Shown piece after piece: positions 11,190-22,700 of a DNA stretch of 64,000 nucleotides (the first letter of the stretch is position 1; each line of letters starts with the position of its first letter). Position numbers and translations under genes: made by a program. The notes beneath the pieces were generated by a model that worked only from the letters and a program-made list of their open reading frames with translations, was not told where the DNA came from and searched no databases. Source of the DNA: Macrostomum lignano (lineage: Eukaryota). Location of the stretch: assembly GCA_002269645.1 (NCBI GenBank), contig NIVC01000184.1, forward strand, positions 62,001 to 126,000, written 5' to 3'.

Positions 11190-12260
11190 CAGTAGTCTTT
11201 GTCTCTAGTTTGTGTCTTTGTTATTTTTCTATGTGTCTCTGGTTTGTGTCTTTGTTATTTTCCCTGTGTGTATCTGGTTTGTGTCTTTGTTATTTGTCTC
11301 TATGTGTCTTTGGTTTGTTTCTTTGTTAGTTGCCTCGATGTGTCTCTGGTTTGTGTCTTTGTTATTTGCCTCGATGTGACTCTGGTTTTTGTCTTTGTTA
11401 TTTGTCTCTATGTGTCTCTGGTTTGTGTCTTTGTTGTTTGTCTCTATGTGTCTCTGGTTTGTGTCTTTGTTATTTGTCTCTATGTGTCTTTGGTTTTTGT
11501 CTTTGTTATTTGTCTCTATGTGTCTTTGGTTTGTGTCTTTGTTAGTTGCCTCGATGTGTCTCTGGTTTGTGTCTTTGTTATTTGCCTCGATGTGTCTCTG
11601 GTTTTTGTCTTTGTTATTTGTCTCTATGTGTCTCTGGTTTGTGTCTTTGTTATTTGTCTCTATGTGTCTCTGGTTTGTGTCTTTGTTATTTGTCTCTATG
11701 TGTCTCTGGTTTTTGTCTTTGTTATTTGTCTCTTTGTGTCCCTGGTTTGTGTCTTTGTTGTTTTCCCTGTGTGTATCCGGTTTCAGTCCTTGTTATTTGT
11801 CTCTATGTGTCTTTGGTTTGTGTCTTTGTTGTTTTCCCTGTGTGTATCTGGTTTCAGTCCTTGTTATTTGTCTCTATGTGTCTTTGGTTTGTGTCTTTGT
11901 TAGTTGCCTCGATGTGTCTTTGGTTTGTGTCTTTGTTATTTGTCTCTGTGTCTTTGGTTTGTGTCTTTGTTATTTTCCCTGTGTATCTGGTTTGTGTCTT
12001 TGTTATTTGTCTCTATGTGTCTTTGGTTTGTGTCTTTGTTATTTTCCCTGTGTATCTGGTTTGTGTCTTTGTTATTTGTCTCTATGTGTCTTTGGTTTGT
12101 GTCTTTGTTATTTTCCCTGTGTATCTGGTTTGTGTCTTTGTTATTTGTCTCCTTGTGTCCCTGGTTTGTGTCTTTGTTATTTGTCTCTTTGTGTCCCTGG
12201 TTTATGTCTTTGTTATTTGTCTCCTTGTGTCCCTGGTTTGTGTCTTTTTTATTTGTCTCT
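11190..12260. repeat. 36-bp T-rich minisatellite (TCTCTGGTTTGTGTCTTTGTTATTTGTCTCTATGTG)
   Basis: Period 36 measured at 11631/11667; fills the last FARP intron. Confidence 0.95.
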
Positions 12261-12305
12261 CTCTCAATCTGCACCCGCATTTGCCGTACCAAAACAATTC
12301 CACAG

Positions 12306-12405
12306 GTGGTTTGACTCAATCAACAGTGCGATAAGCCCGGCAAAGAGCCGGGAACCTCGGCACCAGCAGCAGCAGCAGCAGCAGACCTCAACGAAGCAGC
12401 ATTAA
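12306..12405 (+). CDS. FARP: FARP1/2-like terminal exon
   Basis: ccacag| acceptor, (R)WFDSINSAIS...QH-TAA; the seven exons total 2988 nt, a multiple of 3. Confidence 0.88.
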
Positions 12406-13694
12406 AAAATTTCTAAACAGTAAATTATAACATTTATAACAGTAATATTTCTACACTGCTCATAACTGTTAACAACATCTTTTGTGTTCTATGAAAACTT
12501 CGAAGCTACTGTAACAGTTTGTTTTTTTTACAAAACTTTCTAGTCAAATTTGTTATTGTGTTCTACTCGCGGCGGATATCCGTGTCTCTAGTCAGGCAGT
12601 CTGTAATAATTATATTTTTTAGTTTCTATGAGAGCAACGTACTGCCCTGTCATTTAATATCTTTTTAATTTTACAGTTTCCGAGAAATAAAAATCACAGG
12701 TTTTGTACTTCAAATGTACTTTTATTTAGGCATGTCAATTATTGCTATGACGTGTTGTATCCATCAGGTTTTGGTCTGTAGGGGAGGAGAAAGTGAGGAT
12801 AGGAACGAGAAAGAAGAAGAAAATAAATCTTCTTTTTCCAGGAAAAAGACACCTAATCTGAGAGCGACCAGAGAAGAGTCTGTCTGAACGGTCAAAGGTT
12901 CATTCCATTCTGTCGTATCGGGGTGGATGTTCATGGACAAGATTACTTTAAATTTTGTGTTAGTCATTTGTGTTATTATCGCGTTATTGTTAATTAACTG
13001 ATTAATAAAAATGTACAAGTGTAAGTGTGTGAGCAAAATACATTTATTTGTCTTTTGTATTCTCCACGTGAGCGAATCTTAATTCTATATCTGCTGGATT
13101 TTGGGCATTAACTCAACCATTTATACTAGTGTCCTAATTTGTCTCTTCAATTCGAACTAATTGCTTTTCAAAACCAACTTTTCTACCCGATTATAAATAC
13201 CTCAGTGTTCTAATGCGTTGATAAATTTGTTAGACTGAACTTTACGCTGCTGAAGAAGACTTGCTTGGCAATTAATAGATTTTCATTCAATTGGCCTAGT
13301 CAAAAAGATGTACTTTACAGTCAACCCATCAGTTCAGCAAAAACATAGTGTCGAAGTCTCTTTAAAAATATATTGGTAGACACATTCTTTGCTGAATTTT
13401 TTACTATATAACATATTGTGCATGCTAAATATATGCTGCATCTAGAAGACAACAATTGTTTTGCTGTCAAGTCTTCGTTTTCAAATGCTGGGCTAGGGCT
13501 TTGGCCTGCTCTCTTGTCATTGTTATAATGGAATTAGAAATCGCTAAATTGCTTCATTTGTTGCTTATTTACTTAGTGATAATTCTGCTGAGATACACTA
13601 ATGAAGAGGCATTACACTCCATTCTACCGTACTGTTGTCGCAATCAAGTGTAAGATGATGCACATTTCAAGTGATAATGGCTTAACTTCTGAGG

Positions 13695-14118
13695 TGGCGT
13701 TGTGTTGTTGCGGAGTGCTCAGGTGTGTGTTGTTGCGGAGTGCTGAGGTGGTGTGTTGTTGTGGAGTGCTGTAGTGTGTTGTTGTGGAGTGCTGAGGTGG
13801 TGTGTTGTTGCGGAGTGCTGAGGTGTTGTGTTGTTGTGGAGTGCTGTAGTGTGTTGTTGTGGAGTGCTGAGGTGGTGTGTTGTTGCGGAGTGCTGAGGTG
13901 TTGTGTTGTTGCGGAGTGCTGAGGTGTTGTGTTGTTGTGGAGTGCTGTGGTGTGTTGTTGTTGTGGAGTGCTGTGGTGTGTTGTTGTTGTGGAGTGCTGA
14001 GGTGTTGTGTTGTTGCGGAGTGCTGAGGTGTTGTGTTGTTGCGGAGTGCTGAGGTGTTGTGTTGTTGTGGAGTGCTGTGGTGTTGTGTTGTTGCGGAGTG
14101 CTGAGGTGTTGTGTTGTG
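13695..14118. repeat. GT-rich minisatellite of about 27-29 bp (GTGTTGTGTTGTTGCGGAGTGCTGAG-like)
   Basis: Visible directly. Confidence 0.92.
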
Positions 14119-14800
14119 TTAGCGTTGAGTATGATCTTATAGTATATTGAGATAAACCATTTCCGTCACGTAACCTTAGAAGACAAGGTTTCGGGGACTT
14201 TGTGGATAGGGAGAAGAGCTGCCGGTACCGGCTAAATGTTGGTGCCCTCTGCAGACAATTTTAAGTTAACGTAAGAATCTTTTAGGCGTTTTATTTCGAG
14301 TGTTGGTCTGGTAGTTGCTTTTGTTCGTAATTTAGTGGTGCTTTTGTAGTTGATAGTGTTTTTAGCAGTTGAGGGGATTTCAGCAAAGCAATAGTTGATA
14401 CAGAAAACTTTGATACTGAAGCGGTCGCTACTATTAGTAGTTATTAGTGGAGGACAAACGAATGTCTACAATTCTTTTTTAAAAGTAATTTTACTCTGTA
14501 ACTTTGATCATAGAACCAATATTGGATGCTGCAACCCAAACTTGAATGTCAGCATAGCATGTTAGAGGTAGCAATATCAGGTTCGACTTCCCATTGGCCA
14601 GGGAGACAATCGTCAATAGCAAAAAAGTCAAAAGGAACTGTACATTCCCAACAATCCAAATATATTGCAGAACAATACTGACTAAAATGCAGCTGCACTC
14701 TCCCATCAAAAGGATTCCTAAAAAAGTGTCAAACTTGGGCTTCAATTTCGTTGACTGCTTATTTTAAGTTATTTCTGCAGCAGCCCAGGCTACTATCGAG

Positions 14801-15559
14801 ATGACATCAAAGAGGCTGAGCAACTCCCAGCAGTTCTCTGTTTTTCTCTTCCTGCTCAAAGTTGCGCAGGCAGCTGACGTGGCTTCGTACTCGAGCATCA
14901 ACGGCAGCCTCTGCATCAACCGCCAGTTCGTTCGGAGCCTCCCCGACGTTGCCTCGATGGCCGGCTGCGCCTTCTGGTGCAGCAGCGACCGGCGCTGTCA
15001 GGCGTTCAGCCTGGCTGACGGTCCGTGCCAGCTGTTCGTGTTCGACAAGTGCAGCAAGTCGGTGAGGGACTGCGGCTGCTCCAGGAGAGGCCGGGTGTTT
15101 GTGAAGCAGCAGCCGGGACTCGAGGCGGGCGCGCTGTGTCCGTCTGGCTACGGAGACGACCTGTGCGGAGTGAAGTACAAGCTGCTCAATGAGACTGGCA
15201 ACTGGCAGCAGAGCAGACAGAAGTGCGAGTCGGAGAGCGGCCTGGTGATCATGGCCGATGTGGTGGACGCTACCGAGATGAGCCACGTGAACGAGATTCA
15301 CCGTCGTCGCAGTTCTGGTAAATCTTTTTTTCTTGGAGGCTACAAGAAAGTAGAAAGTTCGGACCCGAAAGAAGGCTGGCATTGGGTTGCCTGCGATATT
15401 GCTCTGAACGGCAGCCTGTGGAACGAGGGCGAGCCTAGTGGAAAAGGCCTCGAGAAGGCTATTGCGCGTTATCATAGTCTTGAAAAGTTAGTCGATATAG
15501 GTGAGGCTTTTGCAACTGTCTCCAAAGTTCTCTGCGAGTGCGTGTCGCCATTCAACTGA
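14801..15559 (+). CDS. Single-exon, probably secreted PAN/apple-like + C-type lectin-like domain protein, 252 aa
   Basis: Hydrophobic N-terminal stretch FSVFLFLLKVAQA; C-x3-C...C...C apple-like core (GCAFWCSSDRRCQAF...CQLF); CTLD marks NWQQSRQKCES, FFLGG, W.W, LWNEGEPS, VLCE. Confidence 0.8.
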   Translation: MTSKRLSNSQQFSVFLFLLKVAQAADVASYSSINGSLCINRQFVRSLPDVASMAGCAFWCSSDRRCQAFSLADGPCQLFVFDKCSKSVRDCGCSRRGRVFVKQQPGLEAGALCPSGYGDDLCGVKYKLLNETGNWQQSRQKCESESGLVIMADVVDATEMSHVNEIHRRRSSGKSFFLGGYKKVESSDPKEGWHWVACDIALNGSLWNEGEPSGKGLEKAIARYHSLEKLVDIGEAFATVSKVLCECVSPFN

Positions 15560-15810
15560 GCCAGCTGAATTGGTTAGAGCTCATCAGAATAAGCCAGAAT
15601 CACGTTGGAACATTTAGACAGACTTTTCTTAAGTCAAATAAAATCTGAAAACTGTTAACTCGTTTGCTTCTCGCAAAACTTTTATCTTATCAGGACTGTT
15701 AACGATCCTCCAGTTTTAAATCCACGAGCAAATAGACTAGATATGAGCAAAGCTTTGCAAGTTTGAAAAGCATCAACTGCAGAACGCCTTGTATTGTTTG
15801 CGTTTATTTC

Positions 15811-16593
15811 TTGAGTCTATATAGTGTTTGAGTAGAGTTGTGGTGATGACTGAGTAGACTTGAGTCTATATAGTGTTTGAGTAGAGTTGTGGTGATGACT
15901 GAGTAGACTTGAGTCTATATAGTGTTTGAGTAGAGTTGTGGTGACGACTGAGTAGACTTGAGTCTATATAGTGTTTGAGTAGAGTTGTGGTGATGACTGA
16001 GTAGACTTGAGTCTATATAGTGTTTGAGTAGAGTTGTGGTGATGACTGAGTAGACTTGAGTCTATACAGTGTTTGATTAGAGTTGTGGTGATGACTGAGT
16101 AGACTTGAGTCTATACAGTGTTTGATTAGAGTTGTGGTGATGACTGAGTAGACTTGAGTCTATATAGTGTTTGAGTAGAGTTGTGGTGATGACTGAGTAG
16201 ATTTGAGTCTATATAGTGTTTGAGTAGAGTTGTGGTGATGACTGAGTAGACTTGAGTATATATAGTGTTTGAGTAGAGTTGTGGTGATGACTGAGTAGAC
16301 TTGAGTATATATAGTGTTTGAGTAGAGTTGTGGTGATGACTGAGTAGACTTGAGTCTATATAGTGTTTGAGTAGAGTTGTGGTGATGACTGAGTAGACTT
16401 GAGTCTATATAGTGTTTGAGTAGAGTTGTGGTGATGACTGAGTAGACTTGAGTCTATATAGTGTTTGAGTAGAGTTGTGGTGATGACTGAGTAGATTTGA
16501 GTCTATATAGTGTTTGAGTAGAGTTGTGGTGATGACTGAGTAGACTTGAGTCTATATAGTGTTTGAGTAGAGTTGTGGTGATGACTGAGTAGA
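15811..16593. repeat. 49-bp minisatellite, 16 nearly identical copies
   Basis: Unit TTGAGTCTATATAGTGTTTGAGTAGAGTTGTGGTGATGACTGAGTAGAC. Confidence 0.97.
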
Positions 16594-17121
16594 GTTTAGT
16601 TGACTAGTTAATCAGAGATGTGTCATTGGGAAGGCTATCAAGCCTTCAATGCCTCCCTAATGACACAGATCTTTAATTTGAGTCAACCCAATGGATTTTG
16701 GCATTGCAACGATTTTTTGGGGTGACCGCGCATAGCAGCTTCAGTTTATCGATTCTCCAGATATTGCTAATGGAACCCAAACGATGCCCCCCCCGTAGTC
16801 TGTCACCCACACTGTAAGCTATCTATAGTAGTTAATGATGTGCAATGCCCAAATTAAGGCCTTGCTTGTATCAGCTGTGTCACCAATGTCTGAGGTTGTC
16901 TCTGAGCCATAAATTTTTCAAAAAACGGACTGAAATATTGACATAGCGAATGCATGTGTTTTTATCCCGTTTGTGTTTACCACCGAATGCGATTCATATT
17001 TAACTATGAAGTAATTCGCTGGCCTAATGCCTTTGACTTGTTTGTCTAGATTGGGATGCAGTGCAGGGTGAAAATGTTTTGAGCTTCTCTGCAGGTGGTG
17101 ACGATTTATTTGCAATTCAGC

Positions 17122-17406
<285 letters not shown>

Positions 17407-18228
17407 GGATTCAGGTATAGTAGGAAAGAAACAGAAGTCGTGAAGACTCAAGACCTAAGCGTGAAGGCTAAAATTAAGGTAAGGAGAGGCAATTAGGCAT
17501 TACTGTAGGCGTTAGGGGAATGCTTTGGAATTAAAGTAGGTAAACCGTGAAGGCACGTCAGTATAGAATAGAGCCTACGTCGCTGCATGGAAATCCTTTA
17601 GCCTCGGAAACGCCAAAATTATCGGAATCGATTAGAAATACACAGTACAGTAGATTTGAAATTAGCTCAGCTTGGCGTTAACGGTAGGATTTTATAGGAC
17701 AGAGCAGAGGCCTACAACAACTTGTGGTTATTGTGTGGAATTTCTAAAAGAAGGAACTTTTTAAATCCCTACAACCACTTAACCTCATGGTGTCACCGCT
17801 GGGATAGAAGTGAACCCCTACAACAACTTGGTGACAGTAGTGGGGTAATTATAAGAAAGGGCAATCAGAATTCCTACATTGCAACAATCCCAAACGTGTT
17901 TACATGTATTTTAAGCATGCAGTTTCGCTTTTGCTTGAAAAACGACAAAATAATATTTTATAGCTGTCGACTTGAGGAGGCGTGACGTGCTTGCCTTCTC
18001 GATTCGATGTCGAGCCTTTTCCCTCGGGCTAATGGATGTCGATTCAAAGCCAAACATTCGGCATGTTTTCGACGCTTACATAACTTTGCGAGTGACTTAA
18101 AAAGGATATAATACTGGGTCTAGGAGATTTTTCCGTAGGCTGGTTTCCTGTCGAAGTTTACATGTACCACTATAGGTACTATATATAGCACTTTAAATCC
18201 AAACCACTGTAGTATTGAATTATAATTA

Positions 18229-18494
18229 CACTCAGCAACATTGAAAAGTTTCCACCCTCGCGCCAGCCGTGTATATTTAGAGTTTCAAAACTGGTTTTTG
18301 TCGCCAGACTTGTGCCATAGACGATTGATGATTTCGTCAACACGCACATGGGCCATAGACAAAAACTTGGGTCATAGACGCCAGACAGGTCGAATGAAAC
18401 AGTCACATGGAGCAGACAGCAGCAGCTTACAGGAGTCTAAAGTCTACGTTGACCCTTTGCGCGCTAGGGTGAAACTTTTCAATGTTGCTGAGTG
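18229..18494. mobile_element. MITE, 266 bp, TA-flanked (Tc1/mariner-like or CACT-type)
   Basis: 24-bp perfect TIR CACTCAGCAACATTGAAAAGTTTC extending to about 35 bp; TA at 18227-18228 and 18495-18496. Confidence 0.85.
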
Positions 18495-19710
18495 TAGGTT
18501 GTAGAAGTCAATGATCTTGTCATTTTTTTCTTTTGGGGCTGCCAGCAAATTCCCCTCCAATTTCCCTCCAAAAGATTACAGTACAATAAAAAATAGTATA
18601 ATTTTAGAGGGAAAAAATATTATAAAAATTACACTACGGAGATAGGAAAAACCTTTTTTTAACCAATTAGCCAGTGATTGTATCTGATCTGTATGTGACT
18701 GCAGGTTGACTTAGTTGTGAAATGTCATTGTAACTATACAATTATACCCAGACGCAATAACAAAATATTTTGGCCATTATTCCACACTTTTCAGGTTCTA
18801 GGCCATAAGGATTTGAAATCCTTATTTAAGCTGATATTAAGTGTATTTTAACAGATAAACCCGTGAACCATTTGACAGTAGAGGCTTCCTTGAAATAAAT
18901 ATAGCTTTTTAATTTGCGTTCAAGTTCAGAAAGGTTGCATTCAATTAAGAGTCCCGTCTGCCATATACAGTATTTCCACTGGCTTCGATTTATCGTCTGT
19001 GGCCTTTCTGAAGGACTTTGCGTTCAATTTCAGAAAACAATTGCGTTCAAATTAAGATCCCGCTGAGTTGAAATAACAATTTAACTGACAGATAGATCGC
19101 AGGAAGAATCGAACAGCGAGCAAAGATGAAACGTCTCTAACATAAACAAAGGCAAAGTCTATGGTTCTCAAAATGAACGCTACTTTTCTTAAATTGAACG
19201 CAAAAACGGTTTTGGCCCCACAGCGAGACCCCCATTTTTTACCATATGATACATGTATATCTGCCAGCCGCCATGCACTTTGCAGCCAATGTGGCCTTAT
19301 ATGCTCACTTCAAATTCTTAAATTCAATGCAAATTTTCTGAACTTTAATAGCCATTTAATAAGCATTCTATGGTCAGAATGTCCGAGGCTGCATTTAATG
19401 ATGGTCTCGAGGCGAGCAAAGCCCCGAAATTAAAGGTGCAGTTCTCAAAGCGCTGAGTTCCCTGGCCAACTGCTCATTGAAGCCATCCACTTCCGGCAGG
19501 TCCGGCAGTTATTCAGTTCCATGGTCATTCTTAATCCAATCAATGCAATCCCGCAATGCAACTCGTATTTTGGCCATTATTCAACTCAGTTGCATACTAT
19601 ACAATCTATCATTGTTTTTACCGTCAGTAGACTATATGTAAATGTATCCTATTTTGTATAACTTCTGTGTATATTCTAACATCGCCGTTTATATATCGGC
19701 AAGTGATAAA

Positions 19711-19754
19711 CAAGGACGACTTAAGTACTTAAGTACTTACTTAAGTCGTCCTTG
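19711..19754. mobile_element. 44-bp P-family TIR-only remnant (probable excision footprint)
   Basis: 17-bp perfect inverted arms CAAGGACGACTTAAGTA, 10-nt filler, 8-bp direct repeat GTGATAAA on both sides; arms match the TIR at 31918 at 13 of 14 positions. Confidence 0.85.
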
Positions 19755-22700
19755 GTGATAAATTTCTAGCCAATTGATAATTTTGCCCAGCGCCCAATGT
19801 AACTTTTAACCAATCATAATTTGCTGCTACCATGTACATCCTTTGATCTATTATTAATAACTTGTTTCTTCGTCGCTGCTCTAAGAAACGGGGCTAACTC
19901 AGCAAGCTAAAATATTGCTTTCTTGGACTACTACCATAATTCTGTTCAGTCGTTCTTGAGTGCCAAAGTCTATGATACGCTGCGCTATGGGTCGTTCGCA
20001 AATTCTAGGAGGAGCAAAAATTTTAACAATTTTCCGAACATTTACTATTGTTACTGCCATATTCAAAATAATAGGACACTTTTATCTGTGAATAAAGATA
20101 ATTTTTGGGTTGAACTTTATCATGCAAAAGTGTTTTTAATCATCTGGCGGTATTAAGCGATAATTAGCGATGAAAAAATTCAAATTCAATCATTTCACCG
20201 ATGTTAATTTTTGATACTACAAGATGTCTGTAGCTAAAAAAAGTTGTTGTTGTGTTGAAACCTTGCTATATTACATTTAAAATGAAAGCTTATATAAATT
20301 TAATTTAAGATTTTTTTAAAGCTTAATAAACTGCACTATAAATTATTTTATAGACGCTTAACTGTACGCCTAGCATTTCCGGTGGGATAGCCTCTTCTCA
20401 TCTCACAAAATGTATTTTTCAGCTGACGTCTAGAATGTGCGCTTAAAATGATACATTTTGATGCAGATAATTAGAAAAACATGTCTTATTATCTTTTTGT
20501 AAAAAATTGTTATGAAATAGAGCACTATTGTTGATAAAAATAATTAAAAGCAACCATGCATCGCAATAAACTCCTACTTTGAAGCACAAAATAAATATCC
20601 TGTAACCACACTAGCATTCTCCATGGAGCACCTTTTGAGCTGAAATTTTACACAGATATCCAGTAAAGTAAACTGAGCAAATAATTTTTTTTGTTTTTGA
20701 AAATACTTCAATTTGGCTATGTATCAGTTAGTTCATTGGACATATTTATTATATTTTTATTAGAATCCTTGTAACCAAGCTACAGAGAAACATGTGCAAA
20801 ACTGGACCTTGAAATTTGACCTGAATGATCAGCAAATGTGTATCTCGAAATGATTTTTTTTGTTTTCATCAAGTCATTCTATGCTAATTTTTTCTGAAGG
20901 GAAAGATACCATGTATTTAGAGTCAATAGGGGAAGCATTTAGACTTATTCAACAGTCATTAAAATTGCAACTATATTATTATAATATAGTAATAATATTA
21001 TACATGTTATTATATAGTAATATTAACTTCTAAGATGCCCTTATAAATTTAAGTAAAGACAACAGGCCTTAATTAATTAATCAGCATTTTGAAGAAACTG
21101 ACCTTATACAGATGGGCCCCAAGCTAAGAAATGAATGTAGAGCTTATTTCGTGTAAGGTATAAAAATCAATTTATTATAATATTAAATACTCCTAATAAA
21201 TTGGTTAAATTAGTTATTTACCTTGAATTAATTTAATTTAATAATTAAATATATAAATTTGTTTCACTTCTTACTGCATTTAAATAGAGTACCTCTACTA
21301 TACTATAAAAGTAACCACTATTTACAATTAACAATTACAATTATTTACAATTTACAAATTAACAAGTGATATGGTAAAAAAGTATAGTAAAAAATTTTCC
21401 TTGGTTTAATCCCAGCTTGCCTCAGTTTTTTAGTCTTAATACGAGCTAGATAGTAAGTGTTGATTAATTTGCTCCATCACCTTTTGCCACGGAAACAGCA
21501 CATGTCGGACATGCAACACTCTTCCTGATCCCTGGATTCAAGATGACTGCTTCTGCTTCTTCAATGCTTGAAAACTGAGCTCATGGAGCTTTAGGTTATG
21601 CTGTCAGAGTGCTGCTGCCGGTGCTGTGTGTGTATGTGTGTGTCTTCTGCGGGTAGGTTCCCTGTCCCTCAGTTTAGCCACTGTTGTGGGCTAACTGGAG
21701 GAATTGCCGTTGTCGGTGCTGCAGGTGGCACTGCATGGTAGTATTGACGCTGTCTGTCAGTGACGCTGGCAAAGGCTTGGACGAAGCTAGGTGCCGTCAT
21801 TGTCAGGAGGACATGCGTGTGCTGCTTAGACCAGTGCGCACATTCGACTGGACTCGTATCTGGTGCAGTCTGGTGTATTCACTGAGATTGTGTGGATCTG
21901 CCTCCTCGCATCACCTCAACCAGGCTCAACTGCATCTTGTGCCTGCTGAGTGATGCCAAGAATTGTGCCACACAATAATTTGGCCCATAAACTACTCGTA
22001 TATTATACATATGTATGCACAGCACACACACACGCAGTTCATTCATATTAAATGTACTAGTTAATGGAATTCTCATCTCATGAGCTCTAGTCTATGGACA
22101 AACCTGAAATTACTAGAATATCTAGATGAATCTAACCTTATTTGAGCAGCGCGCTGCGCTGCGATCAAAATACATGTAGATTCCTTAGCGCAACTAATTA
22201 ATAGTGTAGTACAGTCTACAGCCTGAAGTAGCCTGTGTAAGATGCGGAGGGATGATTTTTGCATAGGAAGCCACTACGGTAAGGTTGATGGAACTATGGG
22301 GAGGTGAGAGATTCAAAGCGAGGGACGGAAGCCATGCATAGTTCGATCATAAGTTTGATTATTGCATGAGTCTGGGGATGCATTAACGAGAGGCGGACGA
22401 GAGCATAGAAATAAAGCGGGCTAAATATATTAATACACAAAATTACATGTACTATATAGCTTGTAATTTCAGAATGGTCAGCGACTCCTCCGATTTGTAT
22501 CCGCGACCGCGTGCCCACAAATCCCCCGGCAGACCCTGTCGCAGTTGGTGGTTGTGCACAGAATACAATGTTAATTTTCGAGCTTCTCTGCAAAAAATGC
22601 GTGATGCACTCAAGATGCGTGATATAGTCTACTTCTTTGATTGATGGCTGGGTTTTGCCTTTTCGCTTGTGATCATCAAAAGCTTGGGCGTCATTGCTAC

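Noticed and set aside
11129-12334. Hydrophobic Cys/Val/Leu-rich ORFs resembling membrane proteins
   Set aside because: T-rich 36-bp intronic repeat; only 12306-12405 is a real exon.
13250-13306. Hammerhead ribozyme core (CTGAAGA...GTC-AAAA)
   Set aside because: The required GAAA reads AAAA and stems I and III could not be formed.
14491-14745. 84-aa hydrophobic minus-strand ORF
   Set aside because: No recognisable motif, TTG start, no supporting splice partners.
14807-15475. Antisense ORFs over real exons (also 8719-10245 and 2839-3284)
   Set aside because: Expected shadow ORFs of GC-rich coding sequence.
15811-16593. CRISPR array
   Set aside because: Head-to-tail identical units with no spacers.
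20300-21080. Kolobok/piggyBac-like TTAA element suggested by a CTGAAATTTTACACAG motif
   Set aside because: No matching TIR pair could be found.
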